A stretch of 64,000 bases of DNA from an uncultured Planctomycetota bacterium (GCA_963841915.1 CAWJEN010000006.1:192001-256000), one strand, 5' to 3'. Counted from the first letter of the stretch, positions 9,100-20,078 are shown. The notes: a model not told the origin generated them from the sequence alone. Translations and numbers: made by a program.

Positions 9100-9131
9100 A
9101 AAGCGGCGGCTCGCTGAGCCGCCGCTTTTTC
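9100..9131 (+). terminator. Intrinsic terminator after infB
   Basis: AAAGCGGCGGCTC-GCT-GAGCCGCCGCTTTTT. Confidence 0.8.
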
Positions 9132-9205
9132 GCAATGGCGATGCCGAGGACGAATAGCACATCGCGCCTTGTGCCAGATCGTCTCTGCCGTGACAATGTC
9201 CGTCC

Positions 9206-9670
9206 GTGTCTGACACCCCGCCGCAGCTTCCTCTCGTCGCCGGTTGGAAGGAAAAGGCGGCGTTCCCCGAGTGGCACGTGCGGCGGCTGACGGTCAAGCT
9301 CGATACAGGAGCCGCAACCGGGGCCATCGACTGTGCAGAAATTGAAGATCTTGATGACGGCAACGTTCGCTTCGTCATCCGCCTGCACCGCCGAAACGGC
9401 GACATCTCGCGTGAAGTTGTCTGCCCAGTAAGCCGTCACAGCCATGTGCGATCGGCCAGTGGCCACGGGCAGAACCGGCTGTTCGTCCAGACGAAACTCT
9501 CGATGGGCGGCGTGCTGCGTCAGGTTGAGCTCTCACTGAGTAGCCGACACAAGATGCTCCACCGCGTGTTGCTGGGCCGTCGCGCCTTGGCCGACGCCTT
9601 CCTCGTTGACAGCGCGCAAGCGTTTCTCCTTCCCAAACCGAGCCGCACAACGCGGAACCAATCCCTGTGA
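9206..9670 (+). CDS. RimK-associated retropepsin-like protein (annotated as putative ATP-dependent zinc protease; RimB-like)
   Basis: GWKE, KLDTGA, VRSASG, LLGRRAL motifs; overlaps the rimK start. Confidence 0.8.
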   Translation: MSDTPPQLPLVAGWKEKAAFPEWHVRRLTVKLDTGAATGAIDCAEIEDLDDGNVRFVIRLHRRNGDISREVVCPVSRHSHVRSASGHGQNRLFVQTKLSMGGVLRQVELSLSSRHKMLHRVLLGRRALADAFLVDSAQAFLLPKPSRTTRNQSL

Positions 9671-10836
9671 AACTCTGCATCCTGTCCCGCGGCCCGAAGT
9701 CCTACTCCACCCGTCGCCTCCGTGAAGCCGCCGCCGAGCGAGGCCACAACGTCAAGGTTCTGGACCACATGCGGTTCTCGATCCACGTCGAGCAGCAGGA
9801 CCCGTCACTCCACTTCCGCGGCAAGGAACTCAGCAGCTACGACGCGGTCATCCCGCGCATCGGGGCCAGCGTCACCTTCTACGGCACGGCCGTCGTGCGC
9901 CAGTTCGAGCAGATGGGCGTCTTCTGCGTCAACGGCTCTGCCGCCATCAGCGTCAGCCGTGACAAGCTCCGGTCGCTGCAGATCCTGGCTCGTCACGACA
10001 TCGGCCTGCCCTCCACCGCCTTTGTCAGTCACCGCGACGACATCCTTCGCGGCATCAACGCAGTCGGCGGAGCACCCGTCATCATCAAGATGCTCGAAGG
10101 CACGCAAGGCGTCGGCGTTATTCTCGCCGAAAGCGAGAAAGTCGCCGAGGCCATCATCGAAGCCTTCAGCGGCCTTCGGCAGAACGTGCTCATCCAGAAG
10201 TTCGTTGCCGAGAGCAAAGGCAAAGACGTTCGCGCGTTCGTCGTCGGTGATAAGGTCGTCGGCGCGATGCGCCGCAGCGCCGTCGGCACCGAGTTCCGCA
10301 GCAACGTCCACCGCGGCGGCACGACGGAGGCCATCGAACTCACGCCCGAGTTCGAGAGAACGGCGGTCCACGCCGCGCAAGTGCTCGGGCTGCGCGTCGC
10401 GGGCGTCGATATGCTCGAAGCGACTGACGGGCCGCAGGTGATGGAAGTGAATTCGTCACCGGGGCTCGAAGGCATTGAAGGCGCGACCGGCCTCGACATC
10501 GCTGGCGAAATCATCAAGCTGTGCGAGCGCGAGGTGAAGTTCCCCGACGTCGATATCCGTCAGCGGCTCACGCTCAAGAGCGGCTACACGGTTGCCGAAG
10601 TGCCCGTCGCGGCCGAGAGTGACCTGGTCGGCCAGACGATAGCAGAGACGAAACTGCGTGACCGCGACGTGCTCGTGCTGAGCATCATTCGCCAGAACCT
10701 GACCATTCCCAACCCACGCGGCAGCCGCGAAATCATGGCAGGCGACACACTCGTCTGCTTCGGCAAACAGATGACGCTCGAGACGCTTGTACCTGTCAAG
10801 CAGCCCAAAAAGCCCAGAAGGCCGGCCAAGGCCTGA
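9667..10836 (+). CDS. rimK: RimK-family alpha-L-glutamate ligase with C-terminal TrkA-C (RCK_C) domain
   Basis: YSTRRL, GTQGVGV, FRSNVHRGG, EVNSSPGLEGIE; C-terminal VGQTI...VLSIIR...AGDTLVCFG. Confidence 0.9.
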   Translation: MKLCILSRGPKSYSTRRLREAAAERGHNVKVLDHMRFSIHVEQQDPSLHFRGKELSSYDAVIPRIGASVTFYGTAVVRQFEQMGVFCVNGSAAISVSRDKLRSLQILARHDIGLPSTAFVSHRDDILRGINAVGGAPVIIKMLEGTQGVGVILAESEKVAEAIIEAFSGLRQNVLIQKFVAESKGKDVRAFVVGDKVVGAMRRSAVGTEFRSNVHRGGTTEAIELTPEFERTAVHAAQVLGLRVAGVDMLEATDGPQVMEVNSSPGLEGIEGATGLDIAGEIIKLCEREVKFPDVDIRQRLTLKSGYTVAEVPVAAESDLVGQTIAETKLRDRDVLVLSIIRQNLTIPNPRGSREIMAGDTLVCFGKQMTLETLVPVKQPKKPRRPAKA

Positions 10837-10858
10837 CGAGCGATCGGCGATGCTTTTA

Positions 10859-11380
10859 TTATTTGCCCTTCTTCGCAGCCAGCGCACGGAAGAGCACCCC
10901 TTGCGTCGGGTCGGCGCCGTCATGCTCCATCACCTGGCGGATCTGGCCCATCAGCTCGTCAACTGTTGCAAAGCGGTGGTAGACGCTGGCAAAGCGGACG
11001 TAAGCGACCTCGTCAAGTTCCCGTAGACGGCTCATGACCTTGTCGCCGATCCAGCCGCTGGGCACTTCGCGGTCGAAGACGCGTTGGGCCTCGTCTTCGA
11101 CGTCCTCTGCGATCTTCTCGAGTGCCGCTTCGGGAATGGCCCGTTTGTAGCAGGCACGTTCGAGGCCGACGACGATCTTTTGCCGGTCCCAAGGGCTTCG
11201 GCGACCGTCCTGTTTTACCACCGTCAGCTTTACCGCGAGTTCAATTCGCTCATACGTCGTAAATCGCTTCTCGCATCGCAGGCACTCGCGGCGTCGGCGA
11301 ATTGCTTCGCCACCCTCGGCGCTGCGGGAGTCGATGACCTTGAGTTGGTCTTTGTGGGCACCACAGAACGGACAGATCAT
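10859..11380 (-). CDS. nrdR: Transcriptional repressor NrdR
   Basis: CPFC, VIDSR, RRRREC..C..RFTTYE, ATP cone, AYVRFASVY. Confidence 0.95.
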   Translation of the reverse strand: MICPFCGAHKDQLKVIDSRSAEGGEAIRRRRECLRCEKRFTTYERIELAVKLTVVKQDGRRSPWDRQKIVVGLERACYKRAIPEAALEKIAEDVEDEAQRVFDREVPSGWIGDKVMSRLRELDEVAYVRFASVYHRFATVDELMGQIRQVMEHDGADPTQGVLFRALAAKKGK

Positions 11381-11444
11381 CGACGGTCAGCTTACGCGAC
11401 GGAGCGGGTGTCGGGAGCTTGCCGCAACGGCCGATAATGAGAAG

Positions 11445-12605
11445 GTGAACGCACTGGCCCGACTGTTTCGCCGCCGACCCGGGCGCTCTCGCGTCGCCAT
11501 CGCCAGCGATCCGCTGCGTGACCTGCCCGCGTTGCTCGGCCGGCCGACGGTCAACCTCGACACGCCCGAGATCCAACGCTTCATCGCCGGCCGTCGCGTG
11601 CTCGTCACCGGCGCCGGTGGTTCGATCGGCAGCGAATTGTGCCGTCAGATCGTCCGCTTTTGCCCCAAGCGGCTCACGCTTGTGGACCGCAGCGAGTTCG
11701 GCCTGTTCGAAACGCACCGCGAGCTACAAAGCCGTTGGATCGGCAGTGACCTGCGGGCCTGCGTGGCTGACGTACGCGACCGCAGGCGTTTGCGTGACGT
11801 GCTCGCCGATGAGCGGCCGCACGTGCTGTTCCATGCCGCGGCCCATAAGCACGTCGGGCTCATGGAAGACAACCCGGGCGAAGCGGTGAAGGTTAATGTG
11901 CTCGGCACTGCCGCTTTGGCCGATGCCGCCATTGATGCCAAGGTTGGCAAGTTCGTCTTCATTTCCACCGACAAGGCCGTTAATCCGGCCGGTGTCATGG
12001 GAGCGACGAAGCGGGCGGCAGAACTCGTGATCCGCCGCCGACAGGACGAGGCACGGCACACACGCTTCTGCTGCGTCCGCTTCGGCAACGTCCTCGGCTC
12101 GTCGGGCAGCGTCGTGCCGATCTTCGCCAAGCAGATCGCAGAGGGCGGGCCGGTCACGGTGACGCACCCGGCCATGAAGCGATTCCTCATGACGATTCCA
12201 GAGGCCGCGGGCTTGGTCATGCAGGCCGGCGCGACGGCTGAAGGTGGTGAGGTATTTGTCCTGGAGATGGGCGAGCCGGTGGCCATCGTCGAGCTTGCCC
12301 ACGCGATGATTCGTCGCGCCGGGTACGAGCCGGGGCGTGACATCTCGATCCGCTACACCGGCGCTCGGCCTGGCGAAAAGCTCGAAGAAGAGCTCGACGA
12401 CGGCGGCGGCGGGACCATCGGCACCGCGCACGAGAAGATCCGCATCTGGAACCTGCCGGACGTGGTTCACGTGGATCCTGCCATTGCGTTGGCCCGTTGC
12501 ATCGACGCGCCGGGCGATGTCGTCCGCCGCGCCTTGTCGGCCGTGGTCGCCGAGTACGAGCCCTTCGGCCGGTTACAGCAGACGCCCCTGCGACTGGCGG
12601 CATGA
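11445..12605 (+). CDS. CapD/PglF-like nucleotide-sugar 4,6-dehydratase (catalytic domain only)
   Basis: VTGAGGSIGSELC, HAAAHKHV, STDKAVNP, RFGNVLGSSGSV, RPGEKL; no N-terminal TM region; start uncertain (GTG 11445). Confidence 0.85.
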   Translation: MNALARLFRRRPGRSRVAIASDPLRDLPALLGRPTVNLDTPEIQRFIAGRRVLVTGAGGSIGSELCRQIVRFCPKRLTLVDRSEFGLFETHRELQSRWIGSDLRACVADVRDRRRLRDVLADERPHVLFHAAAHKHVGLMEDNPGEAVKVNVLGTAALADAAIDAKVGKFVFISTDKAVNPAGVMGATKRAAELVIRRRQDEARHTRFCCVRFGNVLGSSGSVVPIFAKQIAEGGPVTVTHPAMKRFLMTIPEAAGLVMQAGATAEGGEVFVLEMGEPVAIVELAHAMIRRAGYEPGRDISIRYTGARPGEKLEEELDDGGGGTIGTAHEKIRIWNLPDVVHVDPAIALARCIDAPGDVVRRALSAVVAEYEPFGRLQQTPLRLAA

Positions 12606-12736
12606 TGCCTTTTTCATCGTCGTCACGACAGTCATTACAGGAACCAGTGGCCAACGGCCGATATTGCACGTGTCAACGGGGGTGACACTGCACACGTTTT
12701 CGGACGCTCATCCACACGCTGTAACAGACGCCCACT

Positions 12737-14035
12737 ATGCGGACACTTGCGATCATCAACCAAAAGGGCGGCTGCGGTAAGACCACCGTCGCCATCAATC
12801 TCGCCGCATGTCTCGCCAAGTTGGGCCACAAGACACTGCTCGTCGACATGGACCCCCAGGGGCACTGTGCAACGGGCCTTGCTGTTCCCGATGACCAGAT
12901 CGAGCGGACCGTGCTCGACGCCCTGCTCGAAACCGGCGACCTCGGCTCAACCGGCCCTGTCTCAATCAAGGACATGGTCTGGCAGATCGCAAGCGGCTTC
13001 GACCTGGCTCCGAGCGACCTGAAGCTCGCTGGCTTCGAGCAGCTCTTCGCCGGTAGATCGGGTCGCGAGAAGCGCCTCGAGTCAGCCTTGGCCGAAGTGG
13101 CAGACGGTTACGAGTGGTGCATCCTCGACTGCCCACCCGGTGTCGGCCTGCTGACCTTCAACGCGCTTGTCGCCTGCGACGAAGCGATTGTGCCGGTCGA
13201 GACAGGTTACTTCAGCCTGCACGGTCTGGCCCGCATGGTCGAGACGCTTGAAGAGCTCAAAGAACAAGCAGGCAAGACGACGAACATTCGCGTCCTGCCG
13301 ACGCTGTACGACACGCGGACCAAGCTCGCTCGCGAAGTACTGGCCGAGCTGCGTGGCCGGTTCAGCGACGTGCTCATGCGGTCGTGCGTGAACTTCAACT
13401 CAAAGCTCAAAGAGGCCGCCAGCTTCGGGCAGCCGATCACCGAGTACGACCCCGGCAGCCGTGGGTACAAAGATTTTGTCGATCTGGCCCGCGAGTTGAT
13501 GGGTCAACCGGAAGTGGCCGTTGTCCCCGGTGCCACGGACGGCCCACTGAGCCGTCCGGCCGAGCTGGTACACCGCGCCCGGCAGCTCGCTCAATTTTCG
13601 GCCAAGAGCTTCGGCCGCGAGGCCAAGCGGGTGCCGGCCGTCGAGGCCGAAGCCACGCCGCCCGCATCCACGCCGGGCTTCACGTTCGGCACCCGTCAGA
13701 ACGGTCAGTACGTCGACTGCATTGTCAGCTTCCCGGGTGCTCGAAGCGTGCAGGTCGCTGGCGACTTCAACGACTGGAACCCGTCGACCGGTCGCCTGAC
13801 GAAGCTCGACGCCGACGGTGACGCCTGGCATTGCCGCCTGCCGGCCAAGGGTGGCCGACACCGTTACCGCTACGTCGTCGACGGCGAATGGCTTAATGAC
13901 CCGCACGGCGGTGAGATCGAGCGCAACGAGTTCGGCGAGTACAACAACATTCTCATCGTCAAGCACGCCCAGCCGCAGCCGAGTCAGGCACGGCCGGCCA
14001 CCTCGCAACCCGCCCGCCAAGCCGTCGCGGCCTGA
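12737..14035 (+). CDS. ParA/Soj-family ATPase fused to a C-terminal CBM48 (AMPK-beta-type glycogen-binding) domain
   Basis: NQKGGCGKTT deviant Walker A, DMDPQG, LDCPP; C-terminal VAGDFNDW...YRYVVDGEW..DP...NEFGEYNN. Confidence 0.88.
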   Translation: MRTLAIINQKGGCGKTTVAINLAACLAKLGHKTLLVDMDPQGHCATGLAVPDDQIERTVLDALLETGDLGSTGPVSIKDMVWQIASGFDLAPSDLKLAGFEQLFAGRSGREKRLESALAEVADGYEWCILDCPPGVGLLTFNALVACDEAIVPVETGYFSLHGLARMVETLEELKEQAGKTTNIRVLPTLYDTRTKLAREVLAELRGRFSDVLMRSCVNFNSKLKEAASFGQPITEYDPGSRGYKDFVDLARELMGQPEVAVVPGATDGPLSRPAELVHRARQLAQFSAKSFGREAKRVPAVEAEATPPASTPGFTFGTRQNGQYVDCIVSFPGARSVQVAGDFNDWNPSTGRLTKLDADGDAWHCRLPAKGGRHRYRYVVDGEWLNDPHGGEIERNEFGEYNNILIVKHAQPQPSQARPATSQPARQAVAA

Positions 14036-14062
14036 ACACTTCCCGTTCCCAAGGAGACACGG

Positions 14063-15559
14063 ATGTCACACGACACGAACGGCACCCCGCACCGCGATCA
14101 CCGCCTCGACGGCCAAGCCCGCCTTAACGGTGACAGCGGCAGACCGCTCAGCGCGATCAGCCACCTGTTCCTCAGCGACCACCGCGGTCGCGAGAACAAA
14201 CCATCGCCCGTCCGCCATCCACCGGCACAGCAGCCGATGGTCGAGGTGGTCGAGCAGCTTCCGCTGGCTGTCATCGGCACGGGACTCGACGCCGACTTCG
14301 ACCGCCGCGCCGCGGCCGTCGCTGCGTCGCTTATGGACGATGACGTCGCCCGCGTCGGCTTGGCCATCGTCGACGCCGACGGCCTGCGACTGCTCTCCAT
14401 CGAGACCGACGCAGCAGAGACATTTGACGCTTACGAGACCGATGACCCACGCCAAGCCGCCGCCCATGTGGCCGAGCTGGCAGGCGACGTCGATGCCTGG
14501 GTGATCGCCCTGCCCGACGCGCGATTGCCGCGTGCCGCACGGTTCCTGGCGTTGGCCGACCGGTGGACGCTTGTCACCAGCGCTGACCACGAAGGCGTCG
14601 TTGCCGGTTACCGCACGCTCAAAGGGTTGTGCGACCGGGCTGGCCTGACGGATCACGAGCCGACGGTGACGCTTGCGCTACCCGACGCAGACCACTCTGC
14701 CGATGCCGAGCGCGCCGCCCGCAAGCTCGTCGGCGTGTGCCGCCAATTCCTCGATGTCGGCGTCGACGGCATGGCCGAGACGACTTCGACACCAATCGCC
14801 TGGTCGTCGCACGTCGTGCTGCACGCCCTCTGGCGCAGCGGCATTGACGCTTCACCGGCGTGGGACGCGCTGGCCCGCCACCTTGCAGGCGACGTTGCAG
14901 AGACCACCGAACCGACCTTCACAGAACAGCCGATGCGTATCGCCCCGCCCGCCAACACTCGTCAGCCTGTTTCGCCTGCCACGCCGGCTGGTGGAGACTT
15001 CGGCGACATTCCATTCGTCGACGATTCGTCGATCCCGGCGATGGCCCGCCCGATGCCGACGCAGCCACCGGTGGCCGCTTCGCCGACACCTGAAGCCTCG
15101 GCGCCCGCGCCTGCGGCTGTGTTTGCTCAGAACGCGTCGTCGTGCGACGAGGTGATCGACCTGCCGATGGGTGCGTGCGTTGCCGACATCTTGATCAGTC
15201 GCGAGCCAGGCCTAGCCGCCACCGCCGTGAAGCCGCCGATGTTGCCGAGCGGTCGGGTGGCGGTGGATCGCGACGGACGACTCGTACTTGTTGCCGCCGC
15301 AGCGCCGGGCCTGGCCGATCTGGCCAGGATTGGCGAGGCCGTGGCGTGGATCGCCCAGAACCGCCAGCTGCTGTCGATGGCGTTGGGCCAGTTCCGTCTC
15401 GACGACGCATTTGCCGTGCAGACGCGTCTGCTTGTTTCCCATGCCGACGCCGGGGCCGACGCGTTACGTCCGCTGCTCGGTAGCGATGAGGTCAAGGTCC
15501 ACGCCTACCGCCGCCTGACCTGGGGTGGCCGCACCGGCCTGCTCCTCGACGCGGCTTAA
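14063..15559 (+). CDS. Hypothetical protein with degenerate MinD/FlhG-like segment, Pro-rich linker and C-terminal domain
   Basis: AISHLFLS N-terminal motif; ADRWTLVTSADHEGVVAGYRTLK resembles the MinD/FlhG C-terminal half; no Walker A; AGGAG RBS. Confidence 0.6.
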   Translation: MSHDTNGTPHRDHRLDGQARLNGDSGRPLSAISHLFLSDHRGRENKPSPVRHPPAQQPMVEVVEQLPLAVIGTGLDADFDRRAAAVAASLMDDDVARVGLAIVDADGLRLLSIETDAAETFDAYETDDPRQAAAHVAELAGDVDAWVIALPDARLPRAARFLALADRWTLVTSADHEGVVAGYRTLKGLCDRAGLTDHEPTVTLALPDADHSADAERAARKLVGVCRQFLDVGVDGMAETTSTPIAWSSHVVLHALWRSGIDASPAWDALARHLAGDVAETTEPTFTEQPMRIAPPANTRQPVSPATPAGGDFGDIPFVDDSSIPAMARPMPTQPPVAASPTPEASAPAPAAVFAQNASSCDEVIDLPMGACVADILISREPGLAATAVKPPMLPSGRVAVDRDGRLVLVAAAAPGLADLARIGEAVAWIAQNRQLLSMALGQFRLDDAFAVQTRLLVSHADAGADALRPLLGSDEVKVHAYRRLTWGGRTGLLLDAA

Positions 15560-15595
15560 GTCAGTCGCTTGGCTGGTCGGCGTAGACTGTTCGTG

Positions 15596-16480
15596 ATGAC
15601 CGGTCGCGGCTACAAGTTGTTCACGCTGCTGGGTATTCCTGTTCACGTCGACTGGACGTTCTTCGTCATCGTCCCGGTCTTCGCCTACCTCATCAGCGGC
15701 AATCTGATGATGTACGCCACCTGGGTCGGCCTCGGCAAAGAGGCGGCAGAGCTCGTTCAGCTCGGTGCCAATGACGCAGGCGACGTTGTCGTCAACCGAC
15801 CGTGGATCGGCTACGTCTTCGGCGGGCTCATGACGGTCGGCCTCTACGCCAGCGTCCTCGTCCACGAGTTCGGCCACTCGCTGACCGGTCGCATCTTCGG
15901 CGTGCAGACGAAGAAGATCACGCTCTGGTTCCTCGGCGGCGTCGCGGGCTTCGAGCGGATGCCCCGGCAACCCGGGGCCGAAGCCGTCGTCGCCATCGTC
16001 GGGCCGCTGACGAGTTACGCCATCGCCGGACTGTTGGCGGTTGCGTTTGTGCTGGTGCCGGACGATTTTCTGCTGACGCGCCTGACGATCGGGGCGCTCT
16101 CGATCCTGAACATCATCCTGGCGACCTTCAATCTGCTGCCGGCCATGCCTTTGGACGGCGGGAGGGTGGTGCGGTCGGTGTTGGCGTTGTTCCTGTCTTA
16201 CCTGACGGCCACGCGTATCGCTGCCGTGCTGTCGAAAGCACTGGCCATCTTGCTTGTCGTATGGGCAGTCTGGGGCGGTGGTGGTGTGATGATGTTCATG
16301 GTGGCCCTCTTCGTCTGGACTGCCGCAGGTGCCGAGCTCCGGGCGGCCGTGCTGCAGTCGATGTTGGACAAGCAGTTGCAGGGCGGCAGTCCGATGCGGC
16401 CTGTGATGTCTGGGGTGGTCGAACCGGCCGGCTTCGTGTTTGAGCCGTACCAAGCTCCGGCCCCGCCACCGCATCGTTGA
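15596..16480 (+). CDS. Site-2 protease, M50 family (SpoIVFB-like)
   Basis: HEFGH, AIVGP, FNLLPAMPLDGGR, multiple TM segments. Confidence 0.9.
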   Translation: MTGRGYKLFTLLGIPVHVDWTFFVIVPVFAYLISGNLMMYATWVGLGKEAAELVQLGANDAGDVVVNRPWIGYVFGGLMTVGLYASVLVHEFGHSLTGRIFGVQTKKITLWFLGGVAGFERMPRQPGAEAVVAIVGPLTSYAIAGLLAVAFVLVPDDFLLTRLTIGALSILNIILATFNLLPAMPLDGGRVVRSVLALFLSYLTATRIAAVLSKALAILLVVWAVWGGGGVMMFMVALFVWTAAGAELRAAVLQSMLDKQLQGGSPMRPVMSGVVEPAGFVFEPYQAPAPPPHR

Positions 16481-16554
16481 ACCTGTTGCCGCTTCGTGGC
16501 GAACATTGGGGCAGCAACTCCACACAATCGTCCGACTCTTTCAATCCTGAATAC

Positions 16555-18138
16555 ATGACATTCAGCCCTGCCTCCCGTTTCGCCGTCGCTTCTGCCGCCC
16601 TTCTCGCCAGCGTGAATGTGGCACAAGCCTGCACCGTTTGCGGCTGGGGCGATTCGGTTCACCCTTCTGACGGCGGTGCCGAGGTCGCCGCCGCCCGAAT
16701 CGCTCAGTACAACGCGAATCTGGCTCCCGGACAGGCGGCTTTGGTCGAAGGTGTCACATTCGGTCAAGCGAACGCGCAGATCGGTCGTCTTGACCCCAGT
16801 GGCGGCACACAACGTGTGTTCCTCGACTTCAGCCAAGCAGTCGGCGGTGTCTACAACGCGAGCGAGCGCCAGCAGATCGTCGACGGCCTGTCCGACCTCT
16901 ACCGCGGCTTCGACATCGAGTTCACGCAGTCGCTGCCCAGCGGCGACTTTACCCGCCTGACCTATGACGGTGACGGCCTTGGCGGAGTGGCCATCACCGG
17001 CATCGACTTCCGCAACACCGCCTCCAACGACCTGGCCTTCGTCGGCACCGACGGCCTGCAGTTCGAGTCGTCGACGCGGCAGGTCAACTACTCCGTCAAC
17101 GTCGGTGCCCACGAAATCGGCCACACCCTGGGCCTGCGGCACTACGACAGCTTCGGCCCCATCGGCAGCGGTGTGGCCGACGCCTCGAGCGGGTTCAGCG
17201 GACCGCTTGCCCAGAGGTTCCTGCCCGACTTCAGCGGCCCCCGCGACGGCAACGAGTTCTTCGAGAACACCATGTCGACGCCCGCCTTCGGCGGCAGCTT
17301 CGAAGGCTTCATCGGCGGCCGCAGCGCGCTCAGCGAGCGGTCGCTCATCAAGGTGCAGTACGCCCAGGAAGGTATTCTGCAAGCCGAAAGCGGCAGCTTC
17401 AACAACACGGTCGGTTCTGCCGAGACGCTTACGCTCGACTACCTGGACGTCCTGAACACTCGCCCCGCCGGCAGCCAAGCTGCAATATCTGGTGATCCAT
17501 ATCTGCCGGCCCGGGCGGGCGCGATCTCCGGCACGATCAACAACGCCGATCCGATCGACGTCTTCGCGGTCGACGCTTTCGCCGGCGACTTCTTGAGCGT
17601 TGAACTCCTGAGCCTCGTCCTCGACGAGCGGATCTCCAACGGTGTCGACGCGGCCGTTACCGTCACCGACGCCAACGGCACTCCTCTCAACTACTACGGC
17701 CAGGACGCTTTCAACGAGGACGAGATCGAGACGTTCGACGCTTGGATTCTCGACCTGGAGATCCCGAGCGACGGCACGTACTTCATCAGTGTTGACAGCA
17801 ACTTCAACAACAACAGCGGCGACTACGAATTGTTCGTCACCAGCTACGGCACCGGACGCCTTCCCGGCGACGCCAACGGCGACGGAACGGTCAGCATTCT
17901 CGACTTCGCCATCCTGCGGGCGAACTTTGGTGGCGAGGCCCGCTTCTCAGGCGGTGACTTTAACGGTGACCTGATGGTCACCATTCTCGACTTCGCCGTC
18001 CTGCGGGCCAACTTCGGCGGCTCGACCGCGGATGCCGCAACGATCGACGCATGGTACGCCACCGTCGTACCGGAACCGACGACGCTCGGTCTTGCGGGAT
18101 TGGCCGGCCTCGGACTGCTGCGTCGCCGCCGCGTCTGA
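16555..18138 (+). CDS. Secreted PEP-CTERM protein with metzincin zinc motif, PPC-like and dockerin-like domains
   Basis: Signal peptide, HEIGHTLGLRH, GDANGDGTVSILDF duplicated motif, VPEPTT...LLRRRRV. Confidence 0.85.
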   Translation: MTFSPASRFAVASAALLASVNVAQACTVCGWGDSVHPSDGGAEVAAARIAQYNANLAPGQAALVEGVTFGQANAQIGRLDPSGGTQRVFLDFSQAVGGVYNASERQQIVDGLSDLYRGFDIEFTQSLPSGDFTRLTYDGDGLGGVAITGIDFRNTASNDLAFVGTDGLQFESSTRQVNYSVNVGAHEIGHTLGLRHYDSFGPIGSGVADASSGFSGPLAQRFLPDFSGPRDGNEFFENTMSTPAFGGSFEGFIGGRSALSERSLIKVQYAQEGILQAESGSFNNTVGSAETLTLDYLDVLNTRPAGSQAAISGDPYLPARAGAISGTINNADPIDVFAVDAFAGDFLSVELLSLVLDERISNGVDAAVTVTDANGTPLNYYGQDAFNEDEIETFDAWILDLEIPSDGTYFISVDSNFNNNSGDYELFVTSYGTGRLPGDANGDGTVSILDFAILRANFGGEARFSGGDFNGDLMVTILDFAVLRANFGGSTADAATIDAWYATVVPEPTTLGLAGLAGLGLLRRRRV

Positions 18139-18174
18139 ATGTGTCAGTATCTGCCGACCGGAGGATCGGCGCCC

Positions 18175-18201
18175 GGCCCACCCGCTCTGCGGGTGGGCCT
18201 T
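18175..18201 (+). terminator. Hairpin, possible terminator
   Basis: GGCCCACCCGC-TCT-GCGGGTGGGCC-TT after the stop codon. Confidence 0.5.
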
Positions 18202-18413
18202 GTCGTTGAAGCGGCAGCCATCTGCCAAATCGGCAATCACCATGCGATCGACTGCCGGGCATGGCAGCCCGATCGGCAGGCGTCTTTCCGGCGCCCGATA
18301 TAAACCTTTGGTCTTCAACGCATTCGATCGAAGCGTTGGCTTGGCACGCTCGTTGTTCTGAGGCAAGGCAACCCGCCGCGGTCTTTGCACCGGGGCGAAT
18401 CAACGCAAGCTAG

Positions 18414-20078
<1,665 letters not shown>

